Shown here: piece after piece, positions 40,547 to 49,994 of the stretch
Position numbering within the stretch: the first letter of the stretch is position 1
Layout of the letters: every line of letters begins with the position of its first letter
Notes under the pieces: generated by a model
Told to the model about the DNA's origin: nothing
Database searches by the model: none
What the model saw: the letters and a program-made list of their open reading frames with translations, nothing else
Assembly: GCA_964385285.1 (NCBI GenBank)
Contig: CAYLOJ010000001.1
Location: forward strand, 24,537-88,536
Source of the DNA: an uncultured Gammaproteobacteria bacterium
GTDB lineage: Bacteria > Patescibacteriota > Patescibacteriia > UBA9570
DNA length: 64,000 nt
Direction of reading: 5' to 3'
Made by a program: the position numbers and the translations under genes

Positions 40547-40873
40547 ATGGACCCAATCAATGAATTTGTACAAACGTTAATGAAAGAGGCCGGCTTAAGT
40601 GGGCTCAGTGATGATTTAAGGCTAGGTTTAGAACGACAACTGCAAGTTCTGGCATATCGTCGAATTGGAGAGGTTATTTTGGATGAATTAGGGGAAGCCG
40701 AACAGATTGCCTTTATGCAAATAGTTGATCGTAATCCAGAGACACCAGATTATGATGCCATTAATCATTTTTTGGCTCAGCACACAAAGGGATTAGATAT
40801 AAAACTCCGTGAAGCTCTACGTAAATTGGGGACATTGTTCCTTGAGCAAATGTCACTCGCTAAACGAGTCTAG
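40547..40873 (+). CDS. Hypothetical small soluble protein (109 aa)
   Basis: ATG 40547 is downstream of a TTGACA-17-TATAAG promoter. First gene of the apparent operon that ends with the giant protein. Confidence 0.45.
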   Translation: MDPINEFVQTLMKEAGLSGLSDDLRLGLERQLQVLAYRRIGEVILDELGEAEQIAFMQIVDRNPETPDYDAINHFLAQHTKGLDIKLREALRKLGTLFLEQMSLAKRV

Positions 40874-40881
40874 TCTAGAGC

Positions 40882-41055
40882 ATGGCTACCGAACTAGAAA
40901 AGGCTCAAATCCAACTGGTAGAGGAGATCTACACACGCTTTAAAGTTGAATTGGGGAAGCTGCAGCGACGACAAAATGACACCATTCAGAAGATCGTTCA
41001 ACGCGTCGATCATTCCAAAACAGAACAACTCCTAGAAGAATTACACAAATCTTAA
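40882..41055 (+). CDS. Small helical ORF (57 aa), below the ORF-track length cutoff
   Basis: ATG 40882 to TAA 41053-41055, 8 nt after the previous stop and 10 nt before the giant gene. Predicted amphipathic helix (MATELEKAQIQLVEEIYTRFKVELGKLQRRQNDT...). Confidence 0.3.
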   Translation: MATELEKAQIQLVEEIYTRFKVELGKLQRRQNDTIQKIVQRVDHSKTEQLLEELHKS

Positions 41056-41065
41056 TAAACGATTT

Positions 41066-44000
41066 ATGACTGGCACCTCTGCTACTAGAGAAAAAAAACG
41101 CGGCGGACTTATAGAAACTGCTCGACGTTTCAAATCTGAGGTTGATGCTTTGAAGCAGCGTGATTCTGCACTAAATAGTATTAGTGCCGCCATTAAGTTG
41201 TTTGATCTACGCGCGCGTGAACGCAACCAGCAACTGAATCCTGGTGAGGCAGAGGCACTACATCGACTTACGCTAGAGGCACAACGCTTGCGCGCCAGAA
41301 CTGAACGTAAGGTAGAGGCCGTGTTTGATGAGCGGAAGCGCTTTTGGCCAAACTCAGCTGTTGCAACGGAGGCGCATCCGGATCATCCAATGCGTAATGA
41401 GGACTCATTTATCAAAGATGATATTAACCAGCTGTATGCCGTGTTTGATGGCATGGGTGGATATGATGGTGGAGACAAGGCTTCTGCCACAGCTGCATTA
41501 GTGACCAAAACCGAACTTAGTGGATTACCGGAGGACATAGCACTGGCGGATTTAGTTGAGCGCGTTAAACAGGCTTTTGTGAAAGCAGGCGAAGCGGTAG
41601 ATTCTGCAGACTACAACCGAGGCAAAAGTGAAGACCAAAAGGCGGGCACTACCGGAGCGCTAGTTAAAATCCATGTCGATGAAAAGGGAAAGCGGACGGC
41701 GATCGTTGCTCACGCTGGCGATTCACGTGTTTATAAGCGTAAAAAAAATGGTGAGCTAGTCTGTTTGACACAGGATGATAATTTACTGCAACTCCTGAGT
41801 GCGCGTGGACTTCTTACAGACGCACGAGTGAATGAATTTAATCGAAAATTCGCCAACGTCACAGACCCCGCCACTGAATTAAGTGACGTAGTGCTATTTG
41901 AGGCAGTTGATTTAATGGACCCACGCAATGGACGTATTGCCTATACCGAAAAAGTGCTTTATCGACTTTGTTATGTAGTCACCAAGACGGTTAATGGTGA
42001 TGAGCCAACGATTACTACACATGAACTCGAAGAGGGCGAGAAGTTGCTGCTAACATCAGATGGCATCCATGATTTAGTACCAGATGCCAATATCGCCCAG
42101 CAGTTAGATGCTGCTCGGGATGCAGACGCTGCGGCCAGAGGCTTGGTGTCAGACTCTAAACGCGGTTTACGAGTTGGTCCGGGCGGTAAGCGTGATGACG
42201 ACCGCACGTCACTCCTAGTAGAGTGGGAAGATACCTTGCAAGATGAACAGGAAATTAGAACTATCGCTTATTTGGAAGCTGCGAAAAAGGGTCGTCTATT
42301 ACTGATCCCATTAACCTGGGTGGATCAGGCAGCGTTTGCTGAAGCTAGACGAACCGTAGCGGGCACGGCTGATGAAGCCGCTTTGAAACGTGCTTTTTTG
42401 ACCACTAGAGAAGCAGACGACCAACCAGATAAGCACGCGGGTCAGTGGATCAGTGCAGGCGCTGAAGATTGGGTGAAGGAAGGCGACATCGATACAAAAG
42501 CTGCAAATGTGGCTGCGATGCTGGAGAATGGTAACTTTGACGCCTTTAATGGGGACCCACGAGAAATTGAAGAGCTACGAAATTTGCTAACTGGACCTTT
42601 TTCTCGATCACGAAAAATAAGAGTAGTGGAATATGTAAAACGCAAACGTCGCTCTGGTGATGAGGTGGCCAGTAAGTTTATGGGCATTGATGCCGACTTA
42701 GACTCAGCTTTGTCTGCCATTCCAGGTGAGACTGAGTTACGAGCTGAATTTGCCGCTGAGACTCTAGCGATGGTGCGAAAAGGGTTTTTAGATAATTCAT
42801 TTAACTCTTTTAATCTTGCCATTGGCACAGATCAGCCGGAAAATCGCGCTACTGTTATTGGTGTCTTTCAGCAGCTGCAGATCGACGCGAGCGCAGCCGG
42901 CCAAGGTGATCGCCTGTACTATTGGATTGCCACATTATTAAATAGGCTGTCTGATCAGACGCGAAGCTGGTTAATTGAAGGATTGACTAGCATTGGTGGT
43001 CTCTGTGCTGAAGCGGCAAGTAAATATCACGAGGTTCAACTAAGTGAGCCCGAAGTGCGAAATATTCCAAATGCATTGGGGGGTAATATCGACATTAAGA
43101 ACCGCAAGTTTCTTTATGAACTCACTATTGCGGCACAGTTAATTGATGATGTGGAACGTGCAAAGGGGATTGCGTCATTAGATTATATTCAGTCGGAGGC
43201 AATATTAGGAGACCCCGCCACTTTTGGCGAGCTGGCAAAATTGGTTTTCCCAGAGGGAGCTGCTCCCACAGACGCTGAAATGACAGCTGCAGTAAAGGCA
43301 CTTGCAGATCGCATGCAACTTGATGAGAATACGGTAGCGCATGTTATCCAGGAACAACGTATAGCCTTTGCTGACCTAGCTGCACAGCGCGAACGCTCAG
43401 AACGTAGTTTAAAATTGCAGTTAGCCAAAGCGGCTGGATACCTTGGTGGTGGCTTAGGTTTAGCCTGGGCGACTGGTGGGCTCGGACTTCCCGTATTAGG
43501 AGTCACCGGTGCAATCGCCGCAGTTAGATTTGCAGATGCTATTGGTACCCACTCGTTTCGTAGCAGCAAGCAAGCACGTTACAGTGCTGAGCTCCAAAGC
43601 CAACTAACCAGCAGCAAGCAAGCCTTCACTGGATTGGCGACGGCCGAACAAGATTACGCTCATGCTACCGGGCGCTTTCAAGAGCTACTTGCCAATACCG
43701 CAGCAGCTTTGGCAAATGCTAAGGAAGCAACGGCCCGCATTTCAGTCGGAAGGACCTCCACTCACGATGATGGAGAGTATGTGCGGTCCTTAGTCTTTGA
43801 AGGTAACAAATCACCGCAAAAATACGCCCTGGAGCAGGCCACGAATGATTATTTGAGATCAAGTCCAGCGGACCCTGATTACCACGATAAATACCAAGCA
43901 CTGCTCAAGGCACAAGCAGAACTAAATACAGTGCTAGGACCAGAATTAGCAGCCGCTGAAGCTCAGGTGGCCATCCTGAACGTAGATATGATTGTGTCTG

Positions 44001-46261
44001 ATGAACGTGCACAAAGTACTGATCGTAGTATCCCGTGGACAGAACGAATGCCCAAACTAGCAGCTATGTTAGGCTATAGTGAGCAGGTTGGAGACAGGCT
44101 AGCATCCATTTCATTTTACACGGCGTTAGGTATTGCTAGCCGTGAATTTTTGCCTGTGCGTATTGCTGCCTCAGCGTATGCCGGTTCTCGGTTGGGTGAT
44201 CTAGCTGCTACATATTTGATTCACAGAAGCGACAAAGCAATTGCGAAGGAACGTAACCTTGAACCTGATAGGCGGTTAAATAAGCAACGGCTAGAAGAGA
44301 TTGCAGCGATCCTTGATCCGAACGTTCAGTATAGGGAATTGGCAAAGTTGAATGTAGGAGCATTGCGCGAACAACTAACTGAGCGTTTGAGACGACAAGC
44401 ACCCCGCAAATATGAGGAGCTGCGCGCGTTGATGGATCGCTATGACCAAATGGTTCTAGCTTGTGCGGCGAACCGAGGCATTAGGAATATTGTTGCAATG
44501 AATACACGGCGTTTAGAAGATGAGCGTTACAAACATACACATGAATTAAGAACTAAGAGTTTCGACAAGTGGATGCGTAGAGGATTTCAGGCTTTAGGAG
44601 CCCTTGCCGGTGTATCATTTGCGTTTGCGTTATCGTCTCTGGCGGTAGATACCAATGAACACCACAGCGATGCTGCGGGTCAACCAGCTGAGCCACCCAC
44701 ACCTGGTCAACCAGTCACTTCCGGAACAAATCCAGATGCAGGCACTCCGGCACCTTCAATTGACAATCATCCAGATACAACTCCAGCACCCGAAACTCCT
44801 TCCGCCCCACCCGCAGCTGAACTCCCTCCAGCTACACCACCGGCGCCCGCACTGGAACCTAATCCAACTCCTTCACCTGTCACTACTGAGCAATTAAGCC
44901 ACGTAGTACACAAAGGTGAGGGCTTAAGTCATGCTCTGCGTGGTCAGGATTCTGCTCGCACAATTCAGCATGAGTTAACTGATACCAAAGTAATGCTGAA
45001 TGGGCATGAAGTAAGCTTAAACGATACGGGTGTCCGTGAAGCTGGCACTGTCAGTGCGGTTATTCACGATGTTGGTGGCCATAAAACGATCGATTTGTAT
45101 GATGCGCATGATGGACATCAAATTACCGGCAGTGAGATGGATAAATATCTCTACATTCTTAATGATGGTACACATGGAACCGGAGATCACGTATCTGGAC
45201 ATGACATTTCCGTAGCCCATGGCGATGATGTAGGTGAAGGGTCGATACACGAGACAGCTAACCCAATTGAAGGCAAGGTAAGTGCAGATTCAGTGCCACC
45301 TGTAGAATCACTGTTTCGCAACCCATTGCCAACTGATACCGAGTCTGGCTACGTGCAGTCTGGATTACAAAACTATGTAGAGACGCATCCGGAGTGGTCC
45401 GCATTATCTCACCTATCACCTGAACAATTGACGCAACGTCCGGAGTTGAGCATTATTCGTGATCAACTGAAGCGTGAGTATCTGCAGCATCTGGGGTCTA
45501 CACCGACTGAGGCCGGTGATGGTGGTGCAGGCGGAGCAGTTGATTTGGCAGCCACAGAAGGATCCAAGTCAACCTCACTTGATGGGCTTGTAAATACAGA
45601 AAGTCATCGCTTAACAGAGGCGGGAGTGAGAGAGCTCGGGTTACAGGAGCATATCTCAGGCACCGGAGAGATCCAAGATTACAAGAGCTTTTCAAAGGAG
45701 GTACTTGCGTTATTACAGTCAGATCATCGCGATCGTATCACTGGACCAAATGGATTAGTCTTCGAGGATCGTGGAGGAGTGCTGTATGTTGACGTGGCCG
45801 GCGGAGCACAAGAACATTTCCCGCTGGATGAAAAACTGTATCACGAGTTAATGGTGGAATACAAAACGCATGTTGATAGTGCGTTGGACGGAAAATTTGA
45901 CAAGGAGTCATTCTATGATGTGTTGGATCGCGCTGAAACACACCATGCTCTCCGAACATTTGAACAGCCGGATTGGACCCTAAACTTTCTCAATGAAGGC
46001 AAAAGCTATGCCGCGTTTCAGGATGAAATTCGGCACATCATGGATATTCATGATACCAACCAATTTAGGACAGCAAACGGCCTAACGTTCATTCAAGAAG
46101 GCGATCAATTATTCGTGCGTGCCACCATCTCAAAATATGAGGTAACTGCTGACTTATATGTTGCATTGATGAAGCATTACGATAAACTGTTGATCAGCCC
46201 AGATTACCGAGGTGTCTTCGACGGCGAGCAGCTAGCTAAGGTAGTTGAAGATAGCAAATAA
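41066..46261 (+). CDS. Giant multidomain protein (1731 aa): N-terminal PP2C-family Ser/Thr phosphatase, two predicted TM helices, Pro/Thr-rich linker, unknown ~450-aa C-terminal domain
   Basis: PP2C motifs: NEDSF, AVFDGMGGYDGG, GTTGA, AHAGDSRVY, LTQDDN, LLLTSDGIHD, DDRTSLLVEW. Hydrophobic Gly-zipper segment AGYLGGGLGLAWATGGLGLPVLGVTGAIAAV and a second TM (ALGALAGVSFAFALSSLAV). PT-rich linker of about 70 aa. Confidence 0.7.
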   Translation: MTGTSATREKKRGGLIETARRFKSEVDALKQRDSALNSISAAIKLFDLRARERNQQLNPGEAEALHRLTLEAQRLRARTERKVEAVFDERKRFWPNSAVATEAHPDHPMRNEDSFIKDDINQLYAVFDGMGGYDGGDKASATAALVTKTELSGLPEDIALADLVERVKQAFVKAGEAVDSADYNRGKSEDQKAGTTGALVKIHVDEKGKRTAIVAHAGDSRVYKRKKNGELVCLTQDDNLLQLLSARGLLTDARVNEFNRKFANVTDPATELSDVVLFEAVDLMDPRNGRIAYTEKVLYRLCYVVTKTVNGDEPTITTHELEEGEKLLLTSDGIHDLVPDANIAQQLDAARDADAAARGLVSDSKRGLRVGPGGKRDDDRTSLLVEWEDTLQDEQEIRTIAYLEAAKKGRLLLIPLTWVDQAAFAEARRTVAGTADEAALKRAFLTTREADDQPDKHAGQWISAGAEDWVKEGDIDTKAANVAAMLENGNFDAFNGDPREIEELRNLLTGPFSRSRKIRVVEYVKRKRRSGDEVASKFMGIDADLDSALSAIPGETELRAEFAAETLAMVRKGFLDNSFNSFNLAIGTDQPENRATVIGVFQQLQIDASAAGQGDRLYYWIATLLNRLSDQTRSWLIEGLTSIGGLCAEAASKYHEVQLSEPEVRNIPNALGGNIDIKNRKFLYELTIAAQLIDDVERAKGIASLDYIQSEAILGDPATFGELAKLVFPEGAAPTDAEMTAAVKALADRMQLDENTVAHVIQEQRIAFADLAAQRERSERSLKLQLAKAAGYLGGGLGLAWATGGLGLPVLGVTGAIAAVRFADAIGTHSFRSSKQARYSAELQSQLTSSKQAFTGLATAEQDYAHATGRFQELLANTAAALANAKEATARISVGRTSTHDDGEYVRSLVFEGNKSPQKYALEQATNDYLRSSPADPDYHDKYQALLKAQAELNTVLGPELAAAEAQVAILNVDMIVSDERAQSTDRSIPWTERMPKLAAMLGYSEQVGDRLASISFYTALGIASREFLPVRIAASAYAGSRLGDLAATYLIHRSDKAIAKERNLEPDRRLNKQRLEEIAAILDPNVQYRELAKLNVGALREQLTERLRRQAPRKYEELRALMDRYDQMVLACAANRGIRNIVAMNTRRLEDERYKHTHELRTKSFDKWMRRGFQALGALAGVSFAFALSSLAVDTNEHHSDAAGQPAEPPTPGQPVTSGTNPDAGTPAPSIDNHPDTTPAPETPSAPPAAELPPATPPAPALEPNPTPSPVTTEQLSHVVHKGEGLSHALRGQDSARTIQHELTDTKVMLNGHEVSLNDTGVREAGTVSAVIHDVGGHKTIDLYDAHDGHQITGSEMDKYLYILNDGTHGTGDHVSGHDISVAHGDDVGEGSIHETANPIEGKVSADSVPPVESLFRNPLPTDTESGYVQSGLQNYVETHPEWSALSHLSPEQLTQRPELSIIRDQLKREYLQHLGSTPTEAGDGGAGGAVDLAATEGSKSTSLDGLVNTESHRLTEAGVRELGLQEHISGTGEIQDYKSFSKEVLALLQSDHRDRITGPNGLVFEDRGGVLYVDVAGGAQEHFPLDEKLYHELMVEYKTHVDSALDGKFDKESFYDVLDRAETHHALRTFEQPDWTLNFLNEGKSYAAFQDEIRHIMDIHDTNQFRTANGLTFIQEGDQLFVRATISKYEVTADLYVALMKHYDKLLISPDYRGVFDGEQLAKVVEDSK
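44680..44885 (+). repeat. Low-complexity Pro/Thr/Ala-rich linker-coding segment inside the giant gene
   Basis: GQPAEPPTPGQPVTSGTNPDAGTPAPSIDNHPDTTPAPETPSAPPAAELPPATPPAPALEPNPTPSPV. CCA/CCG/ACT-rich DNA that produces a spurious alternative-frame ORF (44655..44897). Confidence 0.6.
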
Positions 46262-46279
46262 CTTTGCTATTATTAGCCG

Positions 46280-46711
46280 ATGCCTGTTAGTCGATTTCTA
46301 ATGCTACTCGGAGTTTCTGGCGCTGCTAGCCTAGCGGCTTGGATTGTAGTACTCGTGTTTATTGACCCGACACAAACTGGATTCATTGGCATTGCACTGT
46401 TCTATGCTACATTGGCCTGTTGGATGTTCGCAGCCATTACGTTATTGGGTTTGCTGACACGTGTGCTCATGAGGCGCATGCAGCGGCAATCGATCATCGC
46501 TTTCCGACTAATGCTGCCAACACTGCGTCAGGCATTATGGAGCACATTAATTGTAGTAATCTCTTTAGTGCTTGCCGCGCATGAGCTGTTCTCCTGGTTT
46601 ACTGCTACATTGCTCGTTTTATTCTTTACTTTATTAGAAGGTTTTCTCTATAGTCTACAAAAAGATTCCTCAAATGACTCGTCCCATGAATCCATCACAA
46701 CTGCTCAGTAA
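46280..46711 (+). CDS. Hypothetical 4-TM membrane protein
   Basis: 143 aa, four hydrophobic helices, directly downstream of the giant gene. Confidence 0.4.
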   Translation: MPVSRFLMLLGVSGAASLAAWIVVLVFIDPTQTGFIGIALFYATLACWMFAAITLLGLLTRVLMRRMQRQSIIAFRLMLPTLRQALWSTLIVVISLVLAAHELFSWFTATLLVLFFTLLEGFLYSLQKDSSNDSSHESITTAQ

Positions 46712-47702
46712 GTACCAACCTTTGATCGCTCAAGCCACAACGGTTGCGCAATTAGAAGAATTAAGCAAGCAGATCTTTCACAAAAAATCTGGTGAACTTG
46801 GTGTGCTGTTGCGCTCATTGAAGGAACTCTCCATCGAAGAGCGCAAACAACTAGGGGAGCAAGCCAACGCTGTGAAGGCGGAACTGCAACAAGCCTTAGA
46901 TGCCGCGCAGCAAAAATTAAGCGGCAGCACAGATGCCGTGATTGATACAACTCTGCCGGGTATTGCAGTTAAGCGCGGCCACATGCACCCCTTACGTTTA
47001 GTACAAGAGGAATTGGTGGACGTGTTCCGGTCCATGAGCTTTGCGGTATTTGAAGGAAACGAACGTGAGACGGAGGATTACTGCTTTGAATTTTTAAATA
47101 TTCCCGCGACACATCCGGCACGAGATTTGCAGGATACCTTTTATCTAAATTCAGATCGACCAGACAAAATGAAAGAGGTCATGCGCACTCATACCTCGAA
47201 CATGCAGGTGCGCATTATGCAGCAATTTAAACCGCCACTGCGTGTGGTAGTACCAGGACGCGTTTTTCGAAACGAGGCCATTGACGCATCTCATGAACAT
47301 ACGTTTTATCAAATGGAAGGGTTTGTGGTTGACCAAAATATTTCAATTGCTCAGTTAACCTACATGTTGCGGTTGGCCATGTCTAAGTTATTGAAAGCAG
47401 ACGTGAAGGTGCGGCTACGCCCGGGTTATTTCCCTTATGTCGAACCAGGATTTGAAGCGGATTGTTCTTGTACAAATTGCAGTGGTAAAGGGTGTGCCGT
47501 TTGTAAATATACCGGCTGGGTAGAGATGTTGGGTTGTGGAATGATTCATCCTAAAGTGTTTGCATCTGCCGGATATGAAGCAGGTAAATATACTGGGTTT
47601 GCTTTTGGTATTGGCCTGAACCGTTTAGCCATGTTGCGCTATGGTATTCGTGATATCCGCTACTTTATGCAAAACGATATCCGTTTTCTCAAACAGTTTT
47701 AA
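46674..47702 (+). CDS. pheS: Phenylalanine--tRNA ligase alpha subunit
   Basis: Class-II motifs: FRNEAID..., GFAFGIGLNRLAML. Start at 46674 or 46686 (MNPSQ); both overlap the upstream gene. Confidence 0.92.
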   Translation: MTRPMNPSQLLSKYQPLIAQATTVAQLEELSKQIFHKKSGELGVLLRSLKELSIEERKQLGEQANAVKAELQQALDAAQQKLSGSTDAVIDTTLPGIAVKRGHMHPLRLVQEELVDVFRSMSFAVFEGNERETEDYCFEFLNIPATHPARDLQDTFYLNSDRPDKMKEVMRTHTSNMQVRIMQQFKPPLRVVVPGRVFRNEAIDASHEHTFYQMEGFVVDQNISIAQLTYMLRLAMSKLLKADVKVRLRPGYFPYVEPGFEADCSCTNCSGKGCAVCKYTGWVEMLGCGMIHPKVFASAGYEAGKYTGFAFGIGLNRLAMLRYGIRDIRYFMQNDIRFLKQF

Positions 47703-47714
47703 ATCTGAACTCCT

Positions 47715-49955
47715 ATGAAATTATCCTACAATTGGTTAAAAGAATATGTCGATCTGCCTGCGGATGCCAAAGAAGTAGCGTCGTTGATTACCAAGCATGT
47801 CGCTGAGGTGGAGAAAATACATTCCCAAGCAGAGGCCTTAGAGAATGTTGTGCTTGGAAAAATCGTGGAAGTTAAAGCACATCCCAATGCTGACAAACTA
47901 CGCATCTGCAATGTGGAATTGGGCAACGTCACTCAACAGATTGTCTGTGGCGGCTCCAATCTAGCGGTTGATCAATACGTAGTGGTTGCCAAACCTGGCG
48001 CGCGTGTTCGCTGGCATGGTGAAGGGGATTTAGTAACCCTAGGTGAAACAAAGATCCGCGGTGAAGCCTCTTACGGTATGATCTGCGCGGCTGTGGAACT
48101 CGGGTTAGAGCAGCGCTTTCCAGCAGCTGGTGAACGTGAAATTATCGCCTTAACACAAACAAACCATGCGACAGGTACATCCATCGCTGAAGTATTGGGT
48201 TTGACGGATGTGATTATTGAAATCGATAATAAAACCCTAACCCATCGTCCTGATCTGTTTTGTCATATTGGGTTTGCTCGTGAGCTCAGTGTCGTACTAC
48301 AAACACCTCTAAAACTACCGGCTTTATTGCAAGCGGAAGGAGTAGATCGTCTACCCTACAGCATTCAGATGGAAGCACCAGAACATTGCCGCAGATATAT
48401 TGGCGTCGTGATGGATGGTGTGGTTATTAAAGCGTCGCCAGCCTGGTTGCAAGAACGTTTGTATGCGATTGGATTGCGTCCTATCAACAATGTTGTAGAC
48501 ATCACAAACTATGTAATGTATGAGTACGGTCAACCACTGCATGCCTTTGATTATGCGAAATTGTCTGGCCAAAAAGTAGTAGTACGTTTAGCTAAACCGA
48601 ATGAAACGATGCAGACACTTGATGGTATGGAACGTAAGCTGACAGATCAAGTGTTGGTGATTGCGGATGATACTAAACCTGAGGCGTTGGCTGGGATTAT
48701 GGGTGGATTGCAATCCGAAATTACCGATACTACAACACAGGTAGCGATTGAATCTGCCAATTTTAAACCGACAACCGTACGACTCGGTGCACAATCCTTA
48801 GCCATTCGCACTGATGGCAGTACGCGCCATGAAAAAAACTTACCGTTAGTCTTTCCAGAGCTGGGCATGTGGCGCACAGTACAACTGATGGAAGAGTTAG
48901 CTGAGGCTAAGGTGGCCTCCCAATTTATCGACATGCGCAATGCAGACCAACCACGTCCTGAGATTACACTAGAACTAGCCTACATTCAGCGTTTGATGGG
49001 CGTAAGCATTGAAGCTGCTGCCGTGGAGCGCACTTTGACTGCCTTGGGTTGCGAGGTGACATTTGCAGAGGATTGTTTTACGGTGTTACCACCAACTCAT
49101 CGCACGGATCTGCTCATTGCCGAAGAATTAATTGAGGAAATTGCCCGCGTGTATGGCTATACCGCCATCGAGCCACAGCCACTGGTAGCTACATTAGTAC
49201 CGCAGACCATCGAACAGACTTACGGATTAGGCAGCAAGTTAATGCATCGTGCTGTTGAAGCTGGGGCCTACGAGGTCTGTAATTATTCCTTCTACAGTTT
49301 AAATACAGCCAAGCGGTTTGGATTAGATGCTGCCAAGCACACCGCTATGCTGAACCCAATGAATCCAGATCAAGCGTTGTTGCGCCAAACCTTGCGACCA
49401 AATTTGGTGCTGACTGCTGAGCGAAACCTAGATCAAGGACAGCGTGATTTTGTGCTGGCTGAATATGGACACATCTATTTAAGTAACGAAGAACAAATCC
49501 ACTTCGGTGTGTTGTGTGCCGGATCGACTCCCGAGATTTACAGGCAAGCTAAGGGCTTTCAAATGGAATTAGGCTTAGAGAACGCAACCATTACTCTAGA
49601 TAAGGTAGGCAAGTGGTATACGGCAACCGTGGAGGCAAATTTGTCTGTATTAGCCAATCAACCAGAGACCGTACTTAAGGCTCAGCCCATTCCAGATTAT
49701 CCCGGGATTGAGCTGGATATTTCAGTCGCCTTTCCTCAGCCGGTAAAATGGGCGGAAATTAGTGCAGCTATTCTGAAAGCTGGAGCCCCATTATTGACGG
49801 CAGTGACCGTATTTGATCGCTATGAAAACGCTCTTGGCATTCGCATGACTCTACAAGCGGCAGACCGCACTTTGACTATGGACGAAGCTGAACAACTACG
49901 CCATACTGTTATTACTAGCCTGCAAACACAGTTTAATGCTGTGCATCGGCAATAA
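47715..49955 (+). CDS. pheT: Phenylalanine--tRNA ligase beta subunit
   Basis: 746 aa. N-terminal tRNA-binding domain (KIVEVKAHPNADKLRICNVELG), B3/B4 and B5 regions, C-terminal FDX-ACB-like domain. Confidence 0.92.
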   Translation: MKLSYNWLKEYVDLPADAKEVASLITKHVAEVEKIHSQAEALENVVLGKIVEVKAHPNADKLRICNVELGNVTQQIVCGGSNLAVDQYVVVAKPGARVRWHGEGDLVTLGETKIRGEASYGMICAAVELGLEQRFPAAGEREIIALTQTNHATGTSIAEVLGLTDVIIEIDNKTLTHRPDLFCHIGFARELSVVLQTPLKLPALLQAEGVDRLPYSIQMEAPEHCRRYIGVVMDGVVIKASPAWLQERLYAIGLRPINNVVDITNYVMYEYGQPLHAFDYAKLSGQKVVVRLAKPNETMQTLDGMERKLTDQVLVIADDTKPEALAGIMGGLQSEITDTTTQVAIESANFKPTTVRLGAQSLAIRTDGSTRHEKNLPLVFPELGMWRTVQLMEELAEAKVASQFIDMRNADQPRPEITLELAYIQRLMGVSIEAAAVERTLTALGCEVTFAEDCFTVLPPTHRTDLLIAEELIEEIARVYGYTAIEPQPLVATLVPQTIEQTYGLGSKLMHRAVEAGAYEVCNYSFYSLNTAKRFGLDAAKHTAMLNPMNPDQALLRQTLRPNLVLTAERNLDQGQRDFVLAEYGHIYLSNEEQIHFGVLCAGSTPEIYRQAKGFQMELGLENATITLDKVGKWYTATVEANLSVLANQPETVLKAQPIPDYPGIELDISVAFPQPVKWAEISAAILKAGAPLLTAVTVFDRYENALGIRMTLQAADRTLTMDEAEQLRHTVITSLQTQFNAVHRQ

Positions 49956-49994
49956 GATCAGACAATAATTCTTTGGACACTAAACCTCTCATTT

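Noticed and set aside
44655-44897. 80-aa +strand ORF in an alternative frame inside the giant gene
   Set aside because: It is an artefact of the CCA/CCG/ACT-rich DNA that encodes the Pro/Thr linker. Its translation is a Q/L/H-rich nonsense repeat.
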